In this document: one piece after another, positions 32,080-42,114 of the stretch
Layout of the letters: each line of letters begins with the position of its first letter
Position numbering within the stretch: position 1 is the first letter of the stretch
Assembly (NCBI GenBank): GCA_965250285.1
Contig: OZ252299.1
Location: 352,001 to 416,000, forward strand
Length of the DNA: 64,000 nt
Direction: 5' to 3'
Source: Myxococcota bacterium
GTDB lineage: Bacteria > Myxococcota_A > UBA9160 > UBA4427
Translations under genes and position numbers: made by a program
The notes under the pieces: model-generated
Databases searched by the model: none
Told to the model about the DNA's origin: nothing
The model's input: only the letters and a program-made list of their open reading frames with translations

Positions 32080-33333
32080 TCAGGAGACGAGCGGCGGGGG
32101 CTTGCCTTCGGGCGCCGGCGATCGACGAAACGCGAGCCAGGCGACGCTGCATGCGACGAGAAAGCCGACACCCAGCACGAGCAGCACCGGGTGATCGCCG
32201 TGTCGTTCGATCGCGAAGCCGGTCGCCGGCCCGATCACGCAAAAGCTCAGGCGAAACACCAGGCTGCGGAGCGACACGAAGCTCGCGCGGTCGCCGCTCG
32301 GGATCACCCGATGCTCCTCGTGCGAGAGCACCGGGCCGTTCAGACCGCGGCACAGGCACAGCGCGAAGTAGAACGCGAAGCCATAGAGGGCGTGCGTGAG
32401 TCCCATCCCGAAGTAGCCGACGCCAACGAGAGCCAGCGCGGTGAGCAGCACGGCGTGGGTGCCAAAGCGCCGCTCGGCGCCGGTCGCCGCCAGTGAGCCG
32501 ATCGCGACGACGTAGTTGGCGGCGGCCCAGATCGGACCGATCCACGCGACCGGGACGCCCGCCTTCTCGGCATACAGGGCGACGATCCACACGGGCACGA
32601 AGGTCGATAGCCCGAACAGCACCGACAGCGTGAACGTCGATCGAAGCCGCGCCGATCCCCGTCGAACGTATCCGACGAGCGCGACGACGCGCGCCCAGGC
32701 GTCATCGACGACCGGTCGGTGGAATGCGGGCTCGACCAGCGCGAGCGCGACGCCGAGCGCGACGACCCAGACGCCCGCCTGGACGTAGAAGGGCAGCTTG
32801 AACGAGATCGCGTAGAGCACGCCCGCGGCGAGGGCCGCGCTGCCTTCGCCCATCTGGCCGAAGAAGCGCGCGCGGCCGAACCACTGACCGAACGTGTCCT
32901 CTTCGTCGAGCTCGACGAGCGTCTCGTAGAGCATCGCCGAGTTCGTGCCCGAGATCAGCGAGAGGGCGAGCGCGAGAAAGACCTCGGCCAGAGCGACACC
33001 CCAGAAACCAGCGGCCTCGGCGTAGACCAGCCACCCGACGACCGAGATCGCCGAGGCGGTGACCATGCTCGTGCGGTAGCCGATCCGGTCGGCGAGCACG
33101 CCCGACGGAAACTCGAACAGCGCGAGAGCGGCGGCGAAGATCGCCTGCAGCACCATCACGCCGGTCATGTCGACGCCGAGCTCGTGGGTCTGATAGATCG
33201 TGACGATGGCGACCGGAAAGAGCGTCATCATCAGTGTGTGGTGCGTGCAGAGCAGGACGAGATTTCGGCGCAGACCGGCGCGCGGCGCGGGAGACTCGGA
33301 TTGCGCGTGCGGTCGGTCCACCCCTCGACTCAC
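32080..33333 (-). CDS. MFS transporter
   Basis: About 12 TM segments; EFPSGVLADRIGYR (motif A), SGTNSAMLYETL, IPSGDRASFVS. Confidence 0.88.
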   Translation of the reverse strand: MSRGVDRPHAQSESPAPRAGLRRNLVLLCTHHTLMMTLFPVAIVTIYQTHELGVDMTGVMVLQAIFAAALALFEFPSGVLADRIGYRTSMVTASAISVVGWLVYAEAAGFWGVALAEVFLALALSLISGTNSAMLYETLVELDEEDTFGQWFGRARFFGQMGEGSAALAAGVLYAISFKLPFYVQAGVWVVALGVALALVEPAFHRPVVDDAWARVVALVGYVRRGSARLRSTFTLSVLFGLSTFVPVWIVALYAEKAGVPVAWIGPIWAAANYVVAIGSLAATGAERRFGTHAVLLTALALVGVGYFGMGLTHALYGFAFYFALCLCRGLNGPVLSHEEHRVIPSGDRASFVSLRSLVFRLSFCVIGPATGFAIERHGDHPVLLVLGVGFLVACSVAWLAFRRSPAPEGKPPPLVS

Positions 33334-33780
33334 CCTTCCTCAGCCCCCGCCGCGGGTGCTCGCGGGAGCGGCGGCCACGGCACGGCCCCGCGAGGAGACT
33401 GGACAAGCGCAGGGTCCGTGACGAAAACAATCCGCGCAGCCACACAGCTGGGTGTGTGATTCGGCCCGCGCCCCTTTGGCGGGGTGGGGCGACCGAAAAA
33501 GCGAAGCACGATTTCTCTTTCGAACTCGGGCAGTTTGGCGTTCGCCCGCTGCGATGTAAAGCCGACTCCACGCGGGGAGACTTGCGGAGGGCGGTGAGGC
33601 GTGTGCTAAACGGGTCGCCTTTGAGAGCCGGATTCAGCGGCGCGGCATCGGAGGGCGGCTCAAGTCCTTGCGGGTCGCTTCCGATCCCGGCTGTGGCTCG
33701 GACCGGGGGGTCGGGCTCGCGAGGTGGGGTCGCGCAGCGCAGCGAAAGCGCGGCCGGAGAGGACACGACGCAGAGGAACC

Positions 33781-36630
33781 ATGGCGAAATCGCTGGTCAT
33801 CGTAGAGTCGCCCGCGAAGGCGAAGACGATCAACAAGTACCTGGGACGGGACTTCGTCGTGAAGTCGTCCGTCGGCCACGTACGTGATCTGCCGACCTCG
33901 GGCTCGGGCAAGAAGGTCGATCCGGCCGAGCGCGCGAAGCAGGCCGCCAAGACCCGCGCGATGCCCCCGAAGAAGCGCGAGGCCTATAGAAAGAAGAAGG
34001 CGAAGGAGGCGCTGATCGCGCGGATGGGCGTCGACCCCGAGAAGGGGTGGAAGGCCCGCTACGAGATCCTGCCCGGCAAGGAGAAGGTCGTGAACGACCT
34101 TCGCAAGCTCGCCAAGGGCGCCGACTCGATCTACCTCGCCACTGATCTCGATCGCGAGGGGGAGGCCATCGCCTGGCATCTTCGCGAGATCATCGGCGGC
34201 GACGACAAGCGCTTCAAGCGCGTCGTGTTCAACGAGATCACCAAGTCGGCCATCGAAGAGGCGTTCTCCGACCCGGGCAAGCTCGACATGTCGCGGGTGA
34301 ACGCCCAGCAGGCGCGGCGCTTCCTCGACCGGGTCGTCGGCTACAAGCTTTCGCCGCTGCTCTGGCAGAAGGTCGCGCGCGGGCTCTCGGCCGGGCGTGT
34401 GCAGTCGGTGGCGGTGCGCATCATCGTCGAACGCGAGCGCGAGATCCGCGCGTTCATCCCCGAAGAGTACTGGGAGGTCTACGCCGACCTCCTGACCGAG
34501 AAGAACGAGGCGCTGCGGCTTCAGGTGATGAAGCGCGACGGCGAAGATTTTCGCCCGACGTCCGAGGCCGAGACCCAGGCCGCCGTGCAGCTGCTCGAGC
34601 AGGGCAGCTATGAGCTCGCCGAGCGCAACGACAAGCCGACCAAGACGCGGCCGGGCGCGCCCTACATTACGTCGACCCTGCAGCAGGCGGCCTCGACCCG
34701 GCTCGGCTTCAGCGTCAAGAAGACGATGATGCTCGCGCAGCGGCTGTACGAAGCGGGCCACATCACCTACATGCGAACCGACTCGACGAACCTGTCGGGG
34801 GAGGCCGTCGAGGCCTGTCGCGAGCACGTGCGCGGGAAGCTCGGCGATCGCTACCTGCCCGAAGAGGCGATCTCGTACTCGAGCAAGGAAGGGGCGCAGG
34901 AAGCGCACGAGGCGATCCGACCCTCGGACGTGCACGTCGAGCCCGATCAGCTCGACGGTCTCGAACGTGATCAGCAGCGTCTCTACGACATGATCTGGCG
35001 GCAGTTCGTCGCGTGTCAGATGAACCCCGCCGAGTACCTGAGCACGACGCTCGTCGTCAAGAATGGCCCCTTCGAGCTGCGCACACGCGGTCGAATTCTG
35101 GTCTTCGACGGGCATACGCGCATTCAGCCGCCGTCGGGCTCGGGTGACAAGACCGGCCCGCTGCCGGACGTCGAGGTCGGCACCACGCTTTCGGCTGCGG
35201 CCCTCGATCCGGTGCAGCACTTCACGAAGCCGCCGGCGCGCTTCGGCGAAGCCAGCCTCGTAAAGGAGCTCGAGAAGCGCGGCATCGGTCGCCCGTCGAC
35301 GTACGCGTCGATCATCTCGACGATTCAGGATCGAGGCTACGTACGCCTCGACGGCCGACGCTTCCACGCCGAGAAGATGGGCGAGATCGTGACCGAGCGG
35401 CTCGTCGAGAGCTTCGAATCGCTGATGGACTATGGCTTCACGGCAGCGCTCGAAGAGTCGCTCGACGAGATCGCCGTCGGCGACAAGAAGTGGAAGGACG
35501 TGCTCGACGAGTTCTACTCGGGCTTCGAAGCGAAGCTCGAGGCGGCCGGTGCCGAGAAGGCGGGCATGCGCCCGAACGATCCGACCGACGTCGACATCGC
35601 GTGCCCGAAGTGCGGTCGCCCCATGCAGATCCGCACGGCGCAGACCGGGGTGTTCCTCGGCTGCTCGGGCTACGCGCTGCCTCCGAAGGAGCGGTGCAAG
35701 TGCACCATCAACCTGATTCCGGGCGACGAGGCCGTGAGCGCCGATGCGGAGGATCAGGAAGAGGCCGAGTCGATCCTGCTGATGCACAAGCATCACTGTC
35801 CGATCTGTGGGACGGCGATGGACAGCTATCTGATCGACGAAGACCGCAAGCTCCACGTGTGCGGCAACAACCCCGACTGCCCGGGCTACGAGGTCGAGCA
35901 GGGCAAGTTCGTCATCAAGGGTTACGACGGTCCGGTCCTCGAGTGCGACAAGTGCGGCTCGGACATGCAGCTCAAGAGCGGACGCTTCGGCAAGTACTTC
36001 GGGTGCACGAACGAAGAGTGCAAGAACACCCGCAAGCTGCTGCGCAGCGGTGAGCCGGCCCCGCCGAAGGTCGACCCGATCCCGATGCCGCATCTGCTCT
36101 GCGAGAAGTGCGACGACCACTTCCTGCTGCGCGATGGCGCCGCCGGCATCTTCCTCGCGGCCAGCCAGTTTCCGAAGCATCGGGAGACGCGCGCGCCGAC
36201 CGTCGAAGAGCTGAAGTTCGTCGACGATCAGCTCGACGAGAAGTACAAGTATCTGGCGACGGCCCCGGCGGCCGACCCCGACGGCAACCCGGCCATGGTG
36301 CGGTTCCTTCGCAAGACGAAGGAGCAGTACGTGATGAGCGAGGCCGACGGCAAGGCGACGGGTTGGCGCGCCTACTACCGCGACGGCAAGTGGGAGCAGG
36401 AGATTCCCGAGAAGAAGGCCGCTGCGAAGAAGGCGCGCCGCAAGAAGGCGGCCAAGAAGAAGAAGGCGTCGAAGAAGAAGGCTTCGAAGAAGGCCGCCAA
36501 GAAGAAGGGCGCCAAGAAGAAGGCGTCGAAGAAGGCGGCGGCCAAGGCCGCGAAGGGACGCGGGGGCAAGGGCAAATCGGCTGATCGCGTCGGCGGCGCT
36601 TCGGGCTCGCGTCGCGCGGCCACGGGCTGA
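33781..36630 (+). CDS. topA: DNA topoisomerase I with Zn ribbons and Lys-rich tail
   Basis: [43 protein letters not shown] (catalytic Tyr), [18 protein letters not shown], several CxxC ribbons; GAGG RBS. Confidence 0.98.
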   Translation: MAKSLVIVESPAKAKTINKYLGRDFVVKSSVGHVRDLPTSGSGKKVDPAERAKQAAKTRAMPPKKREAYRKKKAKEALIARMGVDPEKGWKARYEILPGKEKVVNDLRKLAKGADSIYLATDLDREGEAIAWHLREIIGGDDKRFKRVVFNEITKSAIEEAFSDPGKLDMSRVNAQQARRFLDRVVGYKLSPLLWQKVARGLSAGRVQSVAVRIIVEREREIRAFIPEEYWEVYADLLTEKNEALRLQVMKRDGEDFRPTSEAETQAAVQLLEQGSYELAERNDKPTKTRPGAPYITSTLQQAASTRLGFSVKKTMMLAQRLYEAGHITYMRTDSTNLSGEAVEACREHVRGKLGDRYLPEEAISYSSKEGAQEAHEAIRPSDVHVEPDQLDGLERDQQRLYDMIWRQFVACQMNPAEYLSTTLVVKNGPFELRTRGRILVFDGHTRIQPPSGSGDKTGPLPDVEVGTTLSAAALDPVQHFTKPPARFGEASLVKELEKRGIGRPSTYASIISTIQDRGYVRLDGRRFHAEKMGEIVTERLVESFESLMDYGFTAALEESLDEIAVGDKKWKDVLDEFYSGFEAKLEAAGAEKAGMRPNDPTDVDIACPKCGRPMQIRTAQTGVFLGCSGYALPPKERCKCTINLIPGDEAVSADAEDQEEAESILLMHKHHCPICGTAMDSYLIDEDRKLHVCGNNPDCPGYEVEQGKFVIKGYDGPVLECDKCGSDMQLKSGRFGKYFGCTNEECKNTRKLLRSGEPAPPKVDPIPMPHLLCEKCDDHFLLRDGAAGIFLAASQFPKHRETRAPTVEELKFVDDQLDEKYKYLATAPAADPDGNPAMVRFLRKTKEQYVMSEADGKATGWRAYYRDGKWEQEIPEKKAAAKKARRKKAAKKKKASKKKASKKAAKKKGAKKKASKKAAAKAAKGRGGKGKSADRVGGASGSRRAATG
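36412..36576 (+). repeat. Low-complexity Lys/Ala coding repeat (AAGAAGGC-type units) in the topA tail
   Basis: [55 protein letters not shown]. Confidence 0.9.
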
Positions 36631-36687
36631 GGCGACGCGGTGCAAGGCGGGCGCCGGGACCGGCCGGCTGGGCGTCCTGGTTTGTGC

Positions 36688-36716
36688 TTGACAGGAGCGC
36701 CGCCCGAGAGTGAACT
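36688..36716 (+). promoter_or_regulatory. Putative sigma70 promoter of the two-component operon
   Basis: TTGACA(36688-36693)-17 nt-TGAACT(36711-36716), about 50 nt before ATG 36768. Confidence 0.45.
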
Positions 36717-36767
36717 GAGTCGATCCGGCCGCCCGATCGGCCGCCATTCCAGCGAACCCCTCGGCTC

Positions 36768-38033
36768 ATGAACCGCACCATCGACCGCGTTCTGCTCGCT
36801 CGCCACGTCGCCCTCAGTCTGGGCGCGGTCGCTGCCTTTCTGTTTCGATCCGAGCTGCAGACCGGCTACGTCGCGCTGTGGATCGTCGGCGTCAGCGCGA
36901 CGCTCAACTTCATCGCCTACCTGTTCCAGAGCCGGCCGCGGTTCGCCGCCTTCAGCCGCCAGGCTTCGCCCATCATCGGTCTGGGCAGCTGGACCGCGCT
37001 CGCCGCGGTGACCAACGGGGCCAACTAGCCCTTCATCGCCGGGCTCTGGCTCGAGATCGTGCTCTCCGCCGTTGCGCTTCGACTGCGCGGCGTCGCCGCC
37101 GTGACCGCGGCGGCGCTCGTCGGCGTCGTTGCTGCTGAGGCCTGGGTGGACTTCAGCAATGGGTGGGTGCGCCTGGCCCTCCAGCTCGGTTTCACCGGCG
37201 CGATGGGCACGCTCACATTTCTCCTCGCGCGCCGCTGGCTGCGAGCGCAGACCCGCCTCGACGCCGAACGCAACGAACTCGATGTACGGCTCGCCGAGCT
37301 GAATCAGCGACTCGAGGACGAGCGCGTCGTCGCCGAGCTCGGTGAGAACGTCGCGCGCCTCGCGCACGGCTTGAAGAACGCCGTGCACAGCCTGCGCGGC
37401 TTCGTGCGACTGATCGAGCCGAAGGTGCAGGGGCAGACCGGAGTCGGGCCGGCGATGGAAGGGCTGCGCCGAGCGATCGACGATCTCGAATCGCTCGCTC
37501 ATCTGACGTTGGGATCGGCGCCCGCGGCGCCGCCACCGCCGGATCGCGGGGCGTCGCCCCCGCCGTCGGCGACCCACAGCGACGGCGCCGAGATCGCCGT
37601 CGTCGTCGAGGCCGCGGCCGCGAGCGTGGGCGGCGCACACGATGCGTTCGAGGTCGAGGTCGTGCTCGCACCGGCGCTGCCGCCGACATCGCTTGCGGCG
37701 AAGTCGCTCGAAGAGGTCTTGATCATCCTGCTGCGCAACGCGGCCGAGGCGATGGACGGGAGCGGCCGCGCCGGGATTCGCGGGGACGTGCACGAGGGCG
37801 GCTTGCGGCTCGTGGTGCACGACACCGGACCGGGCTTCGGCGATGTCGACCTCGCCGAGATCTTCAAGCCGGGCTACACGACGAAGGAGGGCGGCAGCGG
37901 CTATGGGCTCTTCCTCGCGCGGCGCATCCTCGAAGAGCACGGGGGGCGGCTCGATCTGACGAGCGGCGACGAGGGCGGTGCGCGGGTGACGCTGTGGCTG
38001 CCCGCGGCCGCGGCCGAGGCGGGAGCTCGATGA
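36768..38033 (+). pseudogene. Membrane sensor histidine kinase interrupted by an in-frame TAG at 37026-37028
   Basis: ORFs 36768-37028 and 37059-38033 share a frame (..VTNGAN*PFIAGLWLEIV..); H-box LAHGLKN, N-box LLRNAAEA, DTGPG, FKPGYTTK, GSGYGL. Confidence 0.8.
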
Positions 38034-38067
38034 TGGGGCGCTTCAGGGCAGGCGGGGAGAGGCTCTC

Positions 38068-39396
38068 ATGAGTGAACAGATCCTCGTGGTCGAGGACGAG
38101 CGCTCGGCCGCTGACTATCTGAAGACCGTGCTCGTCGATCTCGGCTACGACGTCCGCGTCACCGGCAACGGCATCGAGGCGCTCATCGCGCTCGAGGCAA
38201 ACGCGTACGACCTCGTCGTATCCGATCTGCGAATGCCTCAGATGGACGGCTTCGAGTTGCTCAGTCACGTGAAGCAGCGTTGGCCGCGGCTGCCCGTGAT
38301 CGTCTTGACCGGCGAGTCGGAGGTGAGCGGCATCGTCGAAGCGGTGCAGCTCGGTGCAACCAACTATCTGATGAAGCCCGCGACGCCGCCGCTGATCGAG
38401 TCGGCGGTGCGTCGAGCGCTCTCTGCGCGACCCGAACCGGTCGGCGACGATGCATCGATCCCCGAGCTGATCGGCCGCAGCCCGGCCATGGTCGAGGTGC
38501 GTCACCGCGTGGTCATGGCGGCGCGGAGCGACGTACACGTCATGGTCACGGGCGATACGGGCACGGGTAAAGAGCTCGTCTCGCGCGCGATCCATCGGCA
38601 CTCGGCTCAGGCCGACGGGCCCTTCATCGCGCACAACTGTGCCATCGCGCCCCACGATCTCTTCGAGAGCGAGTTCTTCGGCCACCGCAAGGGCTCGTTC
38701 ACCGGCGCCGATCGCGATCGTCTCGGTCTGCTACGCGAGGCCGATGGCGGCATGCTCTTCCTCGACGAGCTCGAGACGCTCCAGATGGTTCATCAGGCGA
38801 AGCTCCTGCGCGTCATCGATGACGGCGAGGTCCGGCCGGTCGGCGACGAGCGGGCCTACCGCGCCTCGGTGCGCTTCGTGGCCGCCACGAACCGCGATCC
38901 GCGAACCATGATCGAGGCCGACGAGCTGCGATCCGACCTCTACTACCGATTGCGCGGCATCGAGATCGCGCTGCCCCGACTCAGCGAGCGCGCCGACGAC
39001 ATTCCGCTGCTCGTCGAGCACTTCCTCGGCGAGGAGGGCCCCGAGCTCACCGACGACGCCATGGCCGCGCTCGTCGAGGCGCCGTGGCCGGGCAACGTGC
39101 GACAGCTGCTGAACGTCGTGAATGGGGCGAAGGCGCTGGCCGGGAGCGGCAAGATCACCCGTCGGCACCTGGCGATGGATGAAGGCGTCGTCGAACGCCC
39201 CGCGCGCGTGCAGCCCGAAGGCGCCGACGGCGGCTCGGTCGTACCGCGCGGCGCGACCCTGCGCGAGGTCGAGAAGCAGGCGATCATGCAGGCCCTCGAA
39301 GACTGCGACGGCAATCGCACGAAGGCGGCGAAGATGCTCGACATCGACCGCTCGACCCTGCGCCGCAAGATCGCCGAGTACGAACTCGACACGTGA
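38068..39396 (+). CDS. sigma54-dependent response regulator (NtrC/AtoC family, REC-AAA-Fis HTH)
   Basis: ILVVEDE, SDLRMPQMDG, GDTGTGKE, FGHRKGSFTGA, LFLDE, AATNRD, WPGNVRQL, GNRTKAAKMLDIDRSTLRRK. Confidence 0.95.
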   Translation: MSEQILVVEDERSAADYLKTVLVDLGYDVRVTGNGIEALIALEANAYDLVVSDLRMPQMDGFELLSHVKQRWPRLPVIVLTGESEVSGIVEAVQLGATNYLMKPATPPLIESAVRRALSARPEPVGDDASIPELIGRSPAMVEVRHRVVMAARSDVHVMVTGDTGTGKELVSRAIHRHSAQADGPFIAHNCAIAPHDLFESEFFGHRKGSFTGADRDRLGLLREADGGMLFLDELETLQMVHQAKLLRVIDDGEVRPVGDERAYRASVRFVAATNRDPRTMIEADELRSDLYYRLRGIEIALPRLSERADDIPLLVEHFLGEEGPELTDDAMAALVEAPWPGNVRQLLNVVNGAKALAGSGKITRRHLAMDEGVVERPARVQPEGADGGSVVPRGATLREVEKQAIMQALEDCDGNRTKAAKMLDIDRSTLRRKIAEYELDT

Positions 39397-39420
39397 GTTG
39401 CGCGGCCGCTTCGGCGCCGC

Positions 39421-41163
39421 TCAGGTGCGTCGGGCGTCGAGATCCACCACCGCGGCCGAATCCGGTGCGCCGCCGCGGCGGACATCGGGCGCGCCGACCC
39501 GCGCGGCGTCGGCCGTGCGGTCGTCGGGCTGAGCCTGGCTGTCTCGCTCCGCCGCCACCCGCGCTTCGTAGTGCGTGATCTCGCGCGCCGTCGTCTCTTC
39601 GTCCCAGTCGAGCACCTCGGCCATGAGCGCGGCGACGTGGGGCGCCGCCTCGAGCCCGCGATCGAAGGTCTCGATCGAGATGCGTGTGCGGCGCGTCAAA
39701 ACGTCGTCGAGATGCAGGGCCCCTTCGTGCGAAGCCGCATAGAGCGCCTCGACCATCAGGTAGGGGGCGGCCCCCGGGATCGTCTCGCGCAGCTCGGGTC
39801 GCTCGCGCATCATGCGAGCGAGCTCCTGAATGCGCGAGCCGTGGCGGGAGATCAGGTGCTCGACCGAGTGCACGTGCAGGTCGAGGTCGTCGGCGACGCG
39901 CTCGCGTCCGTTCCAGAAGCCCTGCACGCCCGGTGCACCGATCAGTGGGATCGTTTCGGTGCACGAGGGTGGCACGCGGTGGGGGAGGCCCCGCGCGGCG
40001 AGGTCGATCGCGTCCTTCGCCATCACGCGATAGGTGGTGTACTTGCCGCCGGCCACGGTGATCAGCCCTGACACCGACTGCGACACCGCGTGCGTGCGCG
40101 AGAGCTGGCTCGTCGATTCGTCCTCGCCGAGGAGAAGCGGTCGCAGACCTGCGTAGACGCCCTCGATGTCGCCATGGGTGAGTGGGCTCGCGAGCATCTG
40201 GTTGACGGTGTCGAGCAGGTAGTCGATGTCGCGGCGGCTCGCGGCGGGGTGGTCGAGATCGAGGTTCCAGTCGGTATCCGTCGTGCCGACGATCCAGTGC
40301 GTCTTCCACGGGATCACGAAGAGCACGCTCGTCTTCGTGCGCAGGATCAGGCCCGAGTCGCCGTGGATGCGGTCGCGAGGCACGACCACGTGGATCCCCT
40401 TCGAGGCGCGCACGTGAATGCGACCCCGCCCCGCGAGCGACTGGACGTGGTCGGTCCAGACCCCCGTGGCGTTGATGATCTGCTTGCCGCGCAGGTGGAT
40501 CGTCTCACCCGATTCGAGGCAGCGCGCCTGCACACCGGTGACTCGGCTGCCGACCTCGCTGAAGCCGATGCAGCGCATGCTGCTCGCGAGCGCCGCGCCG
40601 TGCACGCGCGCCGTCCGCGCGATCGCGAGCGTGTGCCGCGCATCGTCGACGAGGCCGTCCCAGTACTGGATGCCGCCGCGGACCTGCTTGCCATCGAGGC
40701 CCGGGAACAGCGAGAGCGTGCGGCGGCGCCCGAGGTGGCGATGCCAGGGCACGGCCTTGCGTCCACCGACGAGGTCATAGAGCGCGACGCCTGCGCCGAT
40801 GTAGGCGCGCTCGAAGACGCGATGCTGCAGCGGGTAGAGGAAGGGCACGGGGCGAACCAGGTGCGGGCAGAGACGCTGGAGCATCAGCGTCTGTTCGTGC
40901 TTGGCTTCGCGCACGAGGCCGAACTCGAGCTGCTCGAGATAGCGCAGGCCGCCGTGAATGAGCTTGCTCGATCGACTCGACGTGCCGGCGGCCCAGTCGC
41001 GCTGTTCGACCAGGGCGACGCTGAGGCCGCGGGTCGCCGCGTCGAGGGCCGCGCCGACGCCGGTCACGCCTCCACCGACGATCACGACGTCGAACTCCTC
41101 GGTGCGCATGCGCTCGAGGTCTTCGGCTCGCTCGTGCGGTCCCAGTCGGGATCGGTCGGTCAC
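39421..41163 (-). CDS. glpD: FAD-dependent glycerol-3-phosphate dehydrogenase
   Basis: VGGGVTGVG, GTSSRSSKLIHGGLRYLEQ, NATGVW, SKGIH, GTTDT, YAGLRPL, GGKYTTYR; GTG start after GGAGG. Confidence 0.93.
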   Translation of the reverse strand: MTDRSRLGPHERAEDLERMRTEEFDVVIVGGGVTGVGAALDAATRGLSVALVEQRDWAAGTSSRSSKLIHGGLRYLEQLEFGLVREAKHEQTLMLQRLCPHLVRPVPFLYPLQHRVFERAYIGAGVALYDLVGGRKAVPWHRHLGRRRTLSLFPGLDGKQVRGGIQYWDGLVDDARHTLAIARTARVHGAALASSMRCIGFSEVGSRVTGVQARCLESGETIHLRGKQIINATGVWTDHVQSLAGRGRIHVRASKGIHVVVPRDRIHGDSGLILRTKTSVLFVIPWKTHWIVGTTDTDWNLDLDHPAASRRDIDYLLDTVNQMLASPLTHGDIEGVYAGLRPLLLGEDESTSQLSRTHAVSQSVSGLITVAGGKYTTYRVMAKDAIDLAARGLPHRVPPSCTETIPLIGAPGVQGFWNGRERVADDLDLHVHSVEHLISRHGSRIQELARMMRERPELRETIPGAAPYLMVEALYAASHEGALHLDDVLTRRTRISIETFDRGLEAAPHVAALMAEVLDWDEETTAREITHYEARVAAERDSQAQPDDRTADAARVGAPDVRRGGAPDSAAVVDLDARRT

Positions 41164-41272
41164 GGTCGCTCCCTCCCGGAGAGCGCGGAATCTAGCCGAT
41201 CGGTCGCTGCTCGGTGCACCTGCGCCGCGCGGTCCCACTCGGTCGCCCCGACGCACGCGTCGCGCCGATGGG

Positions 41273-42007
41273 TCACACGACGAACAGGTCTTCGATCGAC
41301 CGGATCGTCTCTTCGAGGGTGCGCCGCTTCTCGCTCGGCATCGCGATGAACTCGAGGCCCATCCCGTTGGGCAGCGTCTGGTCGTGCAGATTGCCGGGCA
41401 CGTTCGTGTAGAGCACGCGTCCGGCGAGATCGACCGTGCCGCCAGGGAGCGGCAGCGTCACCGCGACCTCGGCCCCGCGCTGCGAGGGACGCGCGGTGGC
41501 GAGGTATGCTCCGCCTCCACTCAGCGAGTACACCGACGTCCGCTTGCGCCGCCCGCTCACGGCGAGCACCGCCTGCCAGTCGGTGGGGATGCGCGTGTCT
41601 TGGCGCAGAGCGAGCAGATGCTCCTCGGCCGATGCGCGGTTGATCTGGAAGCGAAGCGTGTGATCGCCCACTGGGCCCCAGAGCGCGAGCGTCACATGGG
41701 CGTCCCGCAAGCGGTCGAGGGTCTCGCCATCGGGGAACTCGGCCGCTGCGATGACCGCGTCGGGCCGGCCGTCGGCCAGTCGCGCACGCAGGGTCGCCAC
41801 GGCGCGGCCGAGATCGAGGGCGGGCAGGTCGGCTTCAATCAGGATGGCGCGCGCCGAGACGCCGCGCTCTTGCGCAAGGTCGAGCGCCTCTTCGGCCGTC
41901 TTGATCCGCCGGGCCCGGTAGCCGAGCCCGCGGATGCGCTCGGTGAGGTCGCCGAGGCCCGGGTCGTGGTCGCCGATGATCAGCACCGGACGTTCGTCCT
42001 GGTACAT
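41273..42007 (-). CDS. Pseudo-receiver + PilZ domain protein
   Basis: REC-like N-terminus (VLIIGD...TAEEAL...ILIEADLP); PilZ RQDTR, SLSGGGAYL, GMGLEF; GGAGGAG RBS. Confidence 0.78.
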   Translation of the reverse strand: MYQDERPVLIIGDHDPGLGDLTERIRGLGYRARRIKTAEEALDLAQERGVSARAILIEADLPALDLGRAVATLRARLADGRPDAVIAAAEFPDGETLDRLRDAHVTLALWGPVGDHTLRFQINRASAEEHLLALRQDTRIPTDWQAVLAVSGRRKRTSVYSLSGGGAYLATARPSQRGAEVAVTLPLPGGTVDLAGRVLYTNVPGNLHDQTLPNGMGLEFIAMPSEKRRTLEETIRSIEDLFVV

Positions 42008-42114
42008 GCGCGCGTCTCCTCCTCTATCTGCTTCGGCGGGGTTGGCGAAGGGCTTGAGTGGAGGCAGCCTCGGCGGCTTGAGACGCCGCCCGACGGGGAA
42101 CTGCAGGAGGCGCT

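Noticed and set aside
36412..36576. Repeat array as CRISPR or satellite
   Set aside because: Irregular coding low-complexity sequence without spacers; no cas genes.
33634..36747. 1037-aa minus-strand ORF
   Set aside because: Antisense to topA; its Leu-rich start simply mirrors the Lys codons.
37026..37028. Pyrrolysine or genome-wide TAG recoding
   Set aside because: TAG is used as a normal stop by several genes here and no pyl genes are visible.
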